Origin: Octopus bimaculoides
Taxonomy: Eukaryota
Assembly (NCBI RefSeq): GCF_001194135.2
Contig: NC_068983.1
Span: 9,630,335-9,694,334, forward strand
Reading direction: 5' to 3'
DNA: 64,000 nucleotides
A program made the translations under genes and the position numbers. Positions 39,879-51,005 of the stretch are shown here, one piece after another. Below the pieces are notes generated by a model. It worked only from the letters and a program-made list of their open reading frames with translations. It did not search any database and was not told the origin of the DNA. The first letter of the stretch is position 1. Every line of letters begins with the position of its first letter.

Positions 39879-40151
39879 TTCTCATAAATACAATATACAT
39901 AATATAAATTATATATAAAATCTCTCTCTCTCTCTTTCTTTCTTTCTTTCCCTTTCTCGCTTTTTCTCTCTCTCTTCATATGTGTGTGTGTTTGTATGTA
40001 TGTATATAGAGAGAGAGGGGAGAGAGAGAAAGCGAGAGAAGGAGCAAAAGTGAAAGCGAGAGAAGGAGCAAAAGTGAAAGCGACAGACAGACGAAGAAAA
40101 TACTGCGCAGTTGCTACTCTGTATATTCACGCAGTCACACATAATACTCAC

Positions 40152-40312
40152 CTCTATTCTCAATTTCGGGTATTCATCCTTCCATTTTGTCACTGTTGCA
40201 ACCGTCTTTATATTACTCACTTGTATCTGTAGAGACTCTTCTGTATCTAAAACTCTATTGAATCTCATCTCATCTCTACTCATATATAACTGGTCTATGT
40301 CTCTAGTATTCA
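40152..40312 (-). CDS. Candidate exon on the minus strand (NTRDIDQLYMSRDEMRFNRVLDTEESLQIQVSNIKTVATVTKWKDEYPKLRIE, phase 1 to 0)
   Basis: 53 open codons and two GTGAGT donors (after 40221 and 40152). The acceptor is weak. Confidence 0.25.
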
Positions 40313-41785
40313 CTAATATTTATAGAATTCACCAATATCTATGTTATCCACCACTTTCTATAGTAAGTCTGCAACATCAATGTTTACTATGCTGACATAA
40401 AACCAGTTACTTTTCAAGAAGTTTGGTGCTGTGAACATATGTAACGTACATACATGTGAATTAATTGAAACGGAAGAGGAGGTTCCTATCAAAAACATTT
40501 GCTTTATCAAGTTCTAAGATTCTTTAATATTCAATATAGACTATAACAAAGACGAACACCGTCAAATAAGATGTAAGCCCTTCTCGATCGAATTCTGTAA
40601 AGCATTTTCGATTTTTGTCTTTAATACTTTTGCAAATGTCATAAATCATAATCCTTTTCTTAAAATATGACGTGCTTCCTTAAGAATGTTACAAACGTAA
40701 TAATCCCACCCAAAACATCTTCGTTATAGTGTAAGAATTTAATACGGAATAAAAGAATTTTGAAAAGTGCCTTGTAGAAGTCAACTTAGCTTTATTGATA
40801 GAATAAATACGGCATTAAACCCTATGCACAGGTTATTATTTTCCAAATAATCCGTTTAGTATTTCGTTTATTAATCTTAAATATATTTTAGAAGTGCAAT
40901 GATAGCGTTATAATTCGAACTCATGTAGAGTTTGAACGCAATATTTCAAACAGAAAACGGAAAAGAATAGAAATTTATTTGAAATGAACATCAATACAGA
41001 TTTCTTACGGCATTGGTATTTGATTAAATGTTTGTAGTTGGATTACATTGGATTGAATCGACTTCAGTATATGATTGGAGCTTATTTCGTAGATTCTGGC
41101 GGGATGAAAATAAAGTCATTCTGGTTGGGATTAGAACTCACAACGTTTCTGTTAATCCACCATCTTAGTAATGTAAAAGAAATAATGGTCTGTGAAAGTG
41201 TGCATGCGTGCATGCATGTCTTGGTGTTTATCTCCAAACTTGCATTAATATAATTCTGATGGGAATGATTGGGACAGTTGCCAAGTTTTCTCACAAGTAC
41301 TTAATTTATAATGCTTTAATTAGACGTTTACGTGATAAACACAATTTTGTTTCACTATAGATATGGATTCTGAAGGAAGGGAAATGCATTTCCAATTAAT
41401 ATTATTATCTTATCCTATTTAATTACTTAATATGAAGATATGTACTAATTGTACAGCTTCTAACAAATCAGTAACCAGGATGCATTCTGTTGTTAACAAC
41501 AGGCTTCATCATAACAATATAGATGCAAATGAAATAATCATTATTAAAAAATATCGGAAACACTAAAGGCAAAATAGTAATAAAGATAAAATAATTGATT
41601 GGGTCAACCCATTGGTAACTGCGTTATGTGTCTCGAAATCAAATCAACATTACGGATTATTTCACAGTTGATATGAGTGTGATATTTTTGTGTGAAGATC
41701 TTTAGTCATCTTTTCTGAGGAGGAAAATAAGTGCTGGATCGTTTCAGAATGATAATTACGAAGAAGATAAATCTTCTATCTTTAG

Positions 41786-41829
41786 AATGTTTAACACTAC
41801 GTAAATATGAGTTTGATGAATCCCTGGAG
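41786..41829 (+). CDS. Candidate exon (ECLTLRKYEFDESLE, phase 1 to 0)
   Basis: Acceptor atcttctatctttag, donor GAG|gtgaaa. Phase-compatible with 29947-30013 upstream and 42284 downstream. Confidence 0.35.
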
Positions 41830-42283
41830 GTGAAAGACACAGTGGTGTGAATGCTTAATCCGGTTACCGAATTAGTAGAGAGCTGAAATAGCTATATTAT
41901 TTTAATTAGTTCCGTTCCTCTCCAGTTATCGCAGACTTAGTTTTGTATTTCAAAACACTGCTGTTGACAGAATAAGCACCACTGATATGTTGTTAAATAC
42001 AAGTTAAATTCAAGGAACATTATTTTCTATATATGTACTCACTTTTCAGGATTAAAACAAAATACTAGATCTTGAAGTAAGAAATCGATTAATCCGCCTA
42101 GTGTCCCTTATCCCTAATTATTCTTGGAGTACATTTAACGTCTTGTTTCAATAGCTCGGCCTCTTTCCATTAAATTCTTTTTCTTTCATTCCCTATTCTT
42201 TGAAATAAACGGAATATTGTCTTTGGTGTGGAAAATACTTCCTGCAGTCGCCATAAATATATATTTTTACTTTATTCTTTCAG

Positions 42284-42324
42284 TGCTTGCTGATTGATCT
42301 CAGACCAGACCAGATAATCAGACG
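42284..42324 (+). CDS. 41-nt exon candidate (CLLIDLRPDQIIR, phase 0 to 2)
   Basis: Textbook splice sites: tttttactttattctttcag and ACG|gtaagt. Only one frame is open. Confidence 0.6.
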
Positions 42325-42358
42325 GTAAGTGATTTGATAATAAAACATAATAGATTAA

Positions 42359-42382
42359 TGTTATCCATAATAGTGCGCCATC

Positions 42383-42474
<92 letters not shown>

Positions 42475-42512
42475 TCATGTGTGTCTGTGATGGCGCACTA
42501 TTATGGATAACA
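42359..42512. mobile_element. 154-bp MITE: perfect 27-bp TIRs around a (TG)n core, TTAA on both sides
   Basis: TTAA-TGTTATCCATAATAGTGCGCCATCACA...(TG)n...TGTGATGGCGCACTATTATGGATAACA-TTAA. Confidence 0.85.
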
Positions 42513-42867
42513 TTAAGTGTTTTTCTGATGACACATCAGTTCAACCTTTTCTTAGCAGAGTTGTTTCAGTACATGAAACTGTATGTATTGAACAAAATAT
42601 TCAACAATGACTGGTTAATTGTAAGGATGTCCTCAGCCGTAGTGAAACAGGAATCATTAATATCAATAGAGCAAATAAGAACATGTTAGATTTAAAAATT
42701 AAAATGAATGTTCTGAAATTCATTCAAATTGGTTCCTAATATATATAGACGTCTATTCTGATAATTTTATAAATATTATATTGATTACTTCATTAAAAAA
42801 AAAGATAATAAATACCTGAAAGGGAAACCTGCCAAATAAAAACTCTATTTCTCCCGCAGTGAACTAG

Positions 42868-42970
42868 ATTAATCTATTATGTTTTATTATCAAATCACTT
42901 ACCGTCTGATTATCTGGTCTGGTCTGAGATCAATCAGCAAGCACTGAAAGAATAAAGTAAAAATATATTT
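42868..42970 (-). repeat. Inverted duplicate of the 41-nt exon with both splice sites
   Basis: About 100 bp is the exact reverse complement of about 42259-42359. A further 17 bp (43088-43104) matches 42242-42258. Confidence 0.95.
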
Positions 42971-43177
42971 AAACTTAGAATGAACAAGCAGACAGGATAA
43001 TAGCAGGTACTTGTACATGTCTTCACACGATCATGAAAATTATTTTCACAATAAATTAATAATTGATTTGCCTTACTAAATCTTCTTATTTATGGCGACT
43101 GCAGAATGAGATAAAATTAACAGAATGAGATAAAAATCCAAGGCTGTGAAAGATTTCAAAACAATTATAAAGTGAAG

Positions 43178-43225
43178 GTCTTACAGCTGTTTCCGGGATA
43201 TCTTATATATCTCTTCATCGGAGAC
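43178..43225 (-). ncRNA. Minimal hammerhead ribozyme motif, inverted copy
   Basis: The minus strand reads GTCT-CCGATGA-AGAGATAT(ATAAG)ATATCCCG-GAAAC-AGCT-GTA-AGAC. Confidence 0.6.
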
Positions 43226-43430
43226 AGTGTGAGAAAATGGCTTAGCAATAGTTATTCTATTGGAACTTACACACAAGGTACATGAATCTTATATGTATAC
43301 CATTCTGCTTAAATAATGCAACTTCAGATACAATATCCCTGCATATCACACGTCTGTTTTCATTCTTCCACTTCACTCTCTATTTCATATCTTATCTAGA
43401 ATAACTATTGCTTAACCATTTTCTCACACC

Positions 43431-43478
43431 GTCTCCGATGAAGGGATATATAAAATATCCCGGAAACAGCTGTAAGAC
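43431..43478 (+). ncRNA. Minimal hammerhead ribozyme motif (type I topology)
   Basis: GTCT-CCGATGA-AGGGATAT(ATAAA)ATATCCCG-GAAAC-AGCT-GTA-AGAC. Stem I is 4 bp, stem II 7 bp, stem III 2 bp with a palindromic loop. The core has U4 changed to C. Confidence 0.65.
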
Positions 43479-43684
43479 CTTCTCTTTATAAATGTTCTGA
43501 AATCTTTCACAGCCTTGGATTTTCATCTCATTCTGTTAATATTTATATATACGCATGCTGATATATGATCGACGTTGGACTCCTCATTCGCATAATCACC
43601 GAACCATGGAGCTTAACTATAGTCTGTCCATAGTACTTACTCAGCATTACCTTTGGATCTTCTTGACACCATTGCCTCTCATAA

Positions 43685-43784
<100 letters not shown>

Positions 43785-44567
43785 CACATACATGAATATG
43801 AAGAAGTGAAATAGAAGAAGTGAGAATTGAGAGTCGGGAAAAAGTGCGATAACAAAAAGACGTCTGTGTACACATGGCTGGCCTTGGGTGGAATGAACTA
43901 TACATACATACATATACACACACTCATAAATACATACATACATACATATTACAAGTTCAAGTTTATTCCTGTAATTTTGAGGCCACCTGGATATCTAAAA
44001 TACTGCCTAAGTACCAATCTTGAGACATTAGGCTTCTCAAAACCAGATAGGAGAAAGCTGATTCGAAGACTACAGATCTAATCCATCAATGGGACTGTAA
44101 AAGTCTGTGAAACTTTCTAGAGGTTTATCATTTAAGTATATATGAGCATGTCTAGATATGCAACTATATGTATGAAAATACATACATAAAACAAACATAA
44201 ATTTGCACATATACATTCATACATACAAAAATACCCTGTTGTTGATGTTGAAATTCCAATGAAGGAGCATTGGATCTAGGTTAGAAACCGGATGTTTCTC
44301 TATTGGCAAGAAATCTTGAAATGAAAATGTATATACATACATAGATACATATATACATACATATATACACATAGAGAAACACTCACAAAATACACACGTG
44401 TATATGTATGTTTGTATGTTTGTGTACGTGTGTGCGTGTGTGTGTGTATGATTCTGTCTGTGCGTGTGCTTGTGTGTGTAAAAGAGGAAACTGGGAAAGA
44501 TAAGACATTCAGGGACAACGTGTCTATTTGAAATTATGAATTAGTATAAATGAGTGAGTGAGTAAGA

Positions 44568-44889
44568 GCACTCCGTCGGTTACGACGACGAGCGTCCCAG
44601 CTGATACGATCAACGGAACAGCTTTCTCGTGAAATTAACGTGCAAGTGGCTGAGCACTCCACAGACACGTGTACCCTTAACGTAGTTCTCAGGGAGATTC
44701 AGCGTGACACAGAGTGTGACAAGGCTGGCCCTTTGACATACAGGTACTACTCATTTTTGCCAGCTGAGTGGACTGGAGCAACGTGAAATAAAGTGTCTTG
44801 CTCAAGGACACAACGCGTCGCCAGGAATTGAACTCATGACCTTACAATCGTGAGTCGAATGCCCTAACCACTAAGCCACGCGCCTTCAC
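44568..44889 (-). mobile_element. SINE family C, full length
   Basis: Minus-strand tRNA-like head GGCGCGTGGCTTAGTGGTTAGGGCATTCG...GAGTTCAATTCC, a unique body, and 3' end GTCGTAACCGACGGAGTGC. Confidence 0.85.
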
Positions 44890-45339
44890 ATTGGTATAAA
44901 TATATAGATAAGCAGGCTCTATAACTGGAACTTAAAGAATCATTAGCGCTTATTTGAGAACTTTATCCGATGGGAACGATGGAAAAAAATTGATATACTT
45001 CTGTCGAGTCAATTATATGAACTTATTGGATAATATGGTTCTATATGCTTGATAAAAACAGAATTGTCATGCTTAGAATGCTACTGATCAAAGGATAGAT
45101 CAATCAGTGCTGATCTGGGACATAAAGATCAATAACGACAACGATACATTCAAATCAAAACTCACTATTCTTCTTACATATTTTTCCTTTCTTTCCTTCA
45201 ACTGAAACAATGCAAAATAGCTGAAAACACTCAAATTGTATTGTTGATATTATTATTATTATTGTTCAGTAGTTTTATTTTTATAACGTGCTTTCACTTC
45301 ACTACCGAGCGCAGCTCTGTGTGCCTTGGATATGTGCTG

Positions 45340-45347
45340 TGGTATTA

Positions 45348-45399
<52 letters not shown>

Positions 45400-45514
45400 C
45401 ATTATTATCATTGTCATTATTATTATTGTTGTTGTTGTTGTTGTTGTTCTTCTTCTTCTTCTTCTTCTTCTTCTTCTTCTTCTTCTTCTTCTTCTTCTTC
45501 TTCTTCTTCTTCTT
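45340..45514. repeat. Compound (ATT)n(GTT)n(CTT)n microsatellite
   Basis: Directly visible. Confidence 0.95.
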
Positions 45515-45515
45515 G

Positions 45516-45729
45516 TAGGCGGCGAGCTAGTAAAATCATTAGCACGCTGGACGAAATGCTTAGCGGTATTTCGTCTGCCGCTACGTTCTGTGTCCAAATT
45601 CCGCCGTGGTCGATTTTGCCTTTCATCCTTTCGGGGTCTATAAATTAAGTACCAGTGAAATACTAGGGTTGATGCAATCGACTAGTCCCCTCCCCACAAA
45701 TTTCAGGCCTTGTGCCTTCAGTAGAAAGG

Positions 45730-45770
<41 letters not shown>

Positions 45771-45964
45771 CATTATTAAGGTGGTGAGATGGCAGACATC
45801 GTTAGCGCACTGCACGAAATGCTCAGGGATATTTCGCCCATCGCTACATTCTGAGTTCAAATTCAGCTGAGGTCGTTTTTACCTTTCATCCTTCCAGGGT
45901 CGATAAAATAAGTACCAGTGGTCCCCTCCCCAAAATTTCATGCTTTGTGCCTATAGTAGAAAGG

Positions 45965-46025
<61 letters not shown>

Positions 46026-46205
46026 GCCGGGCAAAATACTTCGAGGCATTTCTCCCGTTTCTAAGTTTTGAGTTCAAATTCCGAGCTCGACCTTGCCCTT
46101 CATCCTCTCGGGATCGATAAAATGAGCATCAGTTGAACACTTCGGAACAATGTAATCGACTTATCCCCTCCCTTGAACTTGCTGGCCTTGTGCCAAAATT
46201 TGAAA
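45516..46205 (+). mobile_element. Three tandem SINE B copies (alternative tail ending AGTAGAAAGG(ATT)n) separated by (ATT)n
   Basis: B head/core at 45516, 45775 and 46024 (5'-truncated), with (ATT)n at about 45730-45775 and 45965-46023. Confidence 0.85.
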
Positions 46206-46220
46206 TCATTATTATGATCA

Positions 46221-46763
46221 TCTATATCTATAAAAGGCAGGATGTGGGTGTGTGTGTGTGCCTGTGTGTACGTGAATGTACTTTATGCACGTCCACAAAT
46301 TAGCACGCATGTCGCTCCAATTTTAGGAGGACATTGGTTACGACCATGGATGTGCTTTTGTGAAATTATTTTTCCCGAGGCACCCCCGGATAGCGGTAAA
46401 AATAGCTTTTCAACCATACCTTTTACCAATATTCACGTCGGTGAAATCCGTAAGTTTGCTAACAGGAGTTAAGTCCCCTGTCTTATAAATTAATTCACTC
46501 TACTACGATGCCTCCGAAAAAAAATTAGATTTGGACTACCTAAGCAATCTCAGCGTAGGAAAATAGAAACAGATGAAGAGACTGACTATCAGCAGATCCA
46601 TTAGCAAAATATTATAACTTTTGGGGCCGAAACCTGGCAATAAGATCTTGCAGATATTCCGCTACAAAACATTCAATAATATGGAAGCAGTAACTTTCGT
46701 AAATCAGAGTATAATTTTTGAAGACTCTTTCTGAACCCAGTCAACGACGGGTACTTCTACTAG
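46221..46763 (+). mobile_element. Non-autonomous Helitron
   Basis: 5' A|TCTATATCTATAAAAG; 3' hairpin CCC(A)GTC-AAC-GACGGG at 46736-46751, then CTAG|T; no TSD. Confidence 0.7.
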
Positions 46764-48550
46764 TTATCATTATTATTCAACTTTCTGGAAGAATACAGCT
46801 TCTTTTTGTGTTTTACTTTTTGTATTTTAGACGAACTATACAGCGAGTACACACCTTATGCTTAAATTCGGTATATACAAACACATAGCGACAATATTAG
46901 TTTAGATTTGCGTACATCATTCTTTCACTTATATTACTTCAACGTCAGAATTATTTTCTTTTTTCCGTATTAAGTACGTCAATGTCTTGTGATTGTTTCT
47001 TAGCACTGACAGTTAGAGAACAAATTTACGTTCTTTTCTCTTTTTTTGCTTGCTTTTCTATGTCTTTTTACGTCTTTTTTAATTCATATTATTGATCAAT
47101 GACCTTTGTTTCCATGCTAAAAATGATTTTCAATAAAAGAATTATACATCTTCGTTTCTTGAAACCAATTACTATCAACGTAGCGTCTCCTCTCAACCGT
47201 TCTCATCTCTTCTCCTCTCTACCGCAATTCAAACCTACTCTACTGAATCACGTGTTTAAAACAATCTGTCAGCTACGAAATTGCCAAAAAATAAATAAAA
47301 ATAACAAAACAAATATTAATATATTATAAGAAATATCATTGTTCATTGTCTCTAATCAAACATCAGCACAAGAAACCTTATCAGCTGTATGTTTAGCACG
47401 AGAAGTTTAAGAAGAAAAACAAAATATAAAAATCATTTTTAAAAAATAAAGAACGATAACCTACAACGTCCTAAAACGTATTATTATATTAAAAGGTGAA
47501 AAAAGAAAACGTCACATTAGAATTAGTATTTTTGCCAGTATAAATTACTATAATAAGACTATCAGATTTACAGTACAATTTCCAAAGAAGAAAATGTCTG
47601 CTGCCGACTAGCAGATGATTCAAACATCAAATCATATTATGCAAATTGTTTTCTTTTGTGAGACAAGAATAAAAATTAAATTTCGTGTAGGTTAGAAGAT
47701 AATTGGAGATGAACATTTCTGAGGAAACCGGTTATGCGTATTCTATGTGAGAGAATGTAATCTGATGATGATATTACTTTGTCTGAGAGATGTTTTGCTT
47801 ACATATTAAGTCATCTATATTAGTCATCTTCATTCGATCTGTGTTATATAATACACACATCTTCGCAAACTGATACCTACGTATACATACAGACATATAT
47901 ACAGGCACACACACAAACAGACAGACAGATATAGATCGATAGATGAATAAATAGATATACACATACATACATACGTACATACATACATACATACATACAT
48001 ACATACATACATACATACATACATACGTACATACATACATAATACATACATACATATACAGGAAGAGGAAGAGGGCAAAAGAGAGATGGCTGTATGTTTG
48101 TTTATTTGATAGCTAATTACTACACAGTCCATATAACTGACAAATTATACGAAGAAATTGATAGACATCAGAGCAAGTTATCAATCTACTTGATGACGTT
48201 CTTACATAACTCAAAATTGGATACAGAGACATTACACACACACACACACACACACATGTATGGATTGATATATATGTCTATATATGTATATAAGACAATG
48301 GGCAGAGTAGGTAGTGTCGGTTAGCTAGCACTGAGTTAATCGTAAAAGCTCTGTCTTACTTTACTAAGCGATATTTCATTTCATTCCATTTCATTTTTGT
48401 TTGCATTTATTTTTTCCTACTCTTTTACCATCGGTGAGATTCAATTGAAGAGCAAATTCATATAATTGAAGGTACTTCTCACTGTCACAACACAATGATT
48501 ATCTGCCGAAAGATAATGTCAGATAAACACGAACGTTAAAGTAATGAACA

Positions 48551-48733
48551 GGTGCAGGCGTGACTGTGTGGTAAGACACTTGCTTCCCAACCACATGGTT
48601 CTGCGTTCAGTCCCACTGTATGGCAACTTGGGCAAGTGTCTTCTATTATAACCTCGGGCCGACCAAAGCTTTGTGAGTTTTCTAGACGGAAATTGAAAGA
48701 AGCCCGTCCTATATATATATATATCTGTATATA
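48551..48733 (+). mobile_element. SINE family A 5' half (interrupted by Tigger)
   Basis: A head and core ending in the internal (TA)n tract. The 3' module resumes at 51006. Confidence 0.85.
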
Positions 48734-48735
48734 TA

Positions 48736-51003
48736 CAGAGCTAACTCGGTTGTCGACCATAATTTGTTCTGGAAGTCTTTTCTAAAACCGAATTGCTCGA
48801 GAATCGAATCTTTTTTTCCCCATTATAATTAGTGTAAAAGAGATTAATTCGTTTCCTAGCACCAGATGAATGCTTATTTACAGGCTTACACTATATATTT
48901 TGCTATAAAAACGCTTATTCAAACTGTAAATAACACACAAAGTGTGTTATTTCTTAGAAGAGGGGTCCCCTTCCAAAAAAACTTCTGGTAACTGTCTTTC
49001 GGGGGTTTCTTCCCTTTTTAATCTCTTTGGCTCAGGAAAATCTTTCTCTGAAGTTTCTTTTCTTATTTCTTTCAGTAAAAATCCTGTCCAATGTTGATCG
49101 TTTTTGCTTGCGTTGGAAAATTTCTCTAAAACGAGACATGACATTGTCATTGAAATTGTTTATTTGCTACCACTGTCTCAAGGTGATATTTTTCCAAAAA
49201 AACTTTGCACATCATCCCATTTAGCACAGATTTCTTTGATTAAAGAATTTGGGACATCCTCCTTTCCTTCCTTCTCCTCAGAAGACATTTCCTCAGCGAA
49301 AGTCTTTTGCTATTCATTTTGAAAATGTACGAGCTCTTCGGTGGTAAGCTCAGTACGGTGGTCTTCCATCAGCTCTTCAGTACCTTCACTGTCGTTATCC
49401 AAGCCCATAGTTTTTCCCATAGAGACAATACCATCAACAATAGCAATTTCCTCAACAGCAGCAGTGTAGCTGTGTCAAACCCCTCAAAGAAGTCGTTCTG
49501 GTACACAGTCTGGCCAAAGTTTCTTCCATGCTGAATTCATGGTTCTGCAACCCACTTGGTCCCATGCATTATCGATAACATTAACATAATTCGGGATACT
49601 GAAATGATTTTTCCAAACTTCTCTGAGAATTAAGTAAGCGTCATTAGTGACTAGAAAACACTTTCGAAACAGGGATTTTGTGTAAAGTTTCTTAAAGTTT
49701 GCATTGGTTGTATAAGAGGAGTTGTGTTGTTAAGAGGCAGGTTGTTAAGAGGCAGGTTTTTGATCTGAATAAAATCAAACTCTTCAATTAAGTCATCCTT
49801 CAAACTTGGAGGGTGAGCGGGAACATTGACTAACACGAGAAGGCATTTTAAAGGCAAGTTTTAGTCTTCAAGATATTTTTTAACACTCGGGGCAAAAACT
49901 TCATGAATCCACTCAATAAAAAATTGCCTGGTTACCCAATCCTTCGTATTAGCCCGCCCCATAACAGACAATTTATTCTTCATAAAATTGTTTCTTTTGA
50001 AGACCCTCGGATTATCGGAATGGTAAACAAGCAATAGCTTGATCTTGAAATAGCCATTTGCGTTGCTGCATAGCAACAAGAGTGAATCTATTTTTCATTG
50101 GCTTGCGCCTTGGCAACGCTTGTTCTTCCTTAGTAATATAGATCGTATTTGGCATTCATTTCCAAAATAATCCTGTTTCATCTCCGTTGAACACCTGTTG
50201 GGGAAGATAGCCTTCTTCCTTTATCAAGTCACTAAACTCAAACACAAATTTCTCAGCCACTTCCTTGTTTGAACTAATTACCTCTCCATGCCTAATTACA
50301 CTGTGTATTTCTCTTCTCTTCTTAAATTTCTCGAACCAGCCTCTACAAGCTTCTGAATTCAAAGTATCACATTTAGCACTTGTACCAGGGGTTTTCTTTA
50401 CTAGATCATTATAAATTTCTAATGCTTTCTCACAAATAAATGCTTCGCTGATACTGTCACCTGCTAATTGTTTCTCATTTATAAAAATAAACAATAACTT
50501 TTCCACTTCTTCGAGTATCTTTAGTCTTTGTTTATTAATAACAGTCACTCTTTTTGCAACATCAGCTGCTTTTATCACTTCCTTATCTCTTAGAATAGTA
50601 GATATTGTCGATGTAGGCATATCGTACTGCGCAGCGAGATCTGACACGCGAACGCCATTTTCGTGTTTTGCAATGATTTCTTTCTTCACTTCAATTGTTT
50701 TTCTCTCAAATTTTCTTTTCCTTTATCTTTCTTTGAAGCTATGACTAAGGGCTAATGAAGAGAAAAAAGGGCACAGTACAATAAAATTGGAAAAGAAAAG
50801 AACAGCGCAACACACGAATGTGTACAACACGCGCTTCGACTCAGAAATGAATCCATTCGGGTTAACTCGGTTCGGCTCGATTCGGCAATGTTGTTCGAGA
50901 ACCGAAATTTTGTTCAAAAACCGAGGCATTTTCATCTCGAATTTTTCTGTTCGGAAACCGATTTCTTCGACATGTGAGAAGTTCGAGAACCGAGGTTGCT
51001 CTG
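48736..51003 (-). mobile_element. Tigger/pogo DNA transposon, near full length (2268 bp), decayed
   Basis: TIRs CAGAGCTAACTCGGTTGTCGA and CAGAGCAACCTCGGTTCTCGA, TA TSD at 48734-35 and 51004-05, and subterminal GTTCGAGAACCGA repeats. Confidence 0.92.
48947..50689 (-). pseudogene. Disrupted Tigger-type (CENP-B HTH + DDE_1) transposase
   Basis: KKEIIAKHENGVRVSDLAAQY..STISTIL (HTH psq), GWFEKFKKR, QQVFNGDETGLFWK, LLCSNANG..KIKLLLVYHSDNPR, WVTRQFFIEW, LLVLVNVPAHP, NTTPLIQPM. It is broken by stops and frameshifts. Confidence 0.9.
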
Positions 51004-51005
51004 TA

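Larger units (their letters stand above)
43111..43548. mobile_element. Penelope-like remnant with inverted terminal repeats (arms about 43111-43260 and 43396-43548)
   Basis: Two arms of about 150 bp are reverse complements, and each carries a minimal hammerhead. Inverted pLTR configurations are typical of truncated PLEs. Confidence 0.7.

Noticed and set aside
42284-42324. LLIDLRP as a rhodanese domain (TBCK/TBC1D23-like) assignment
   Set aside because: The motif is too short, and the neighbouring candidate exons do not resemble those proteins.
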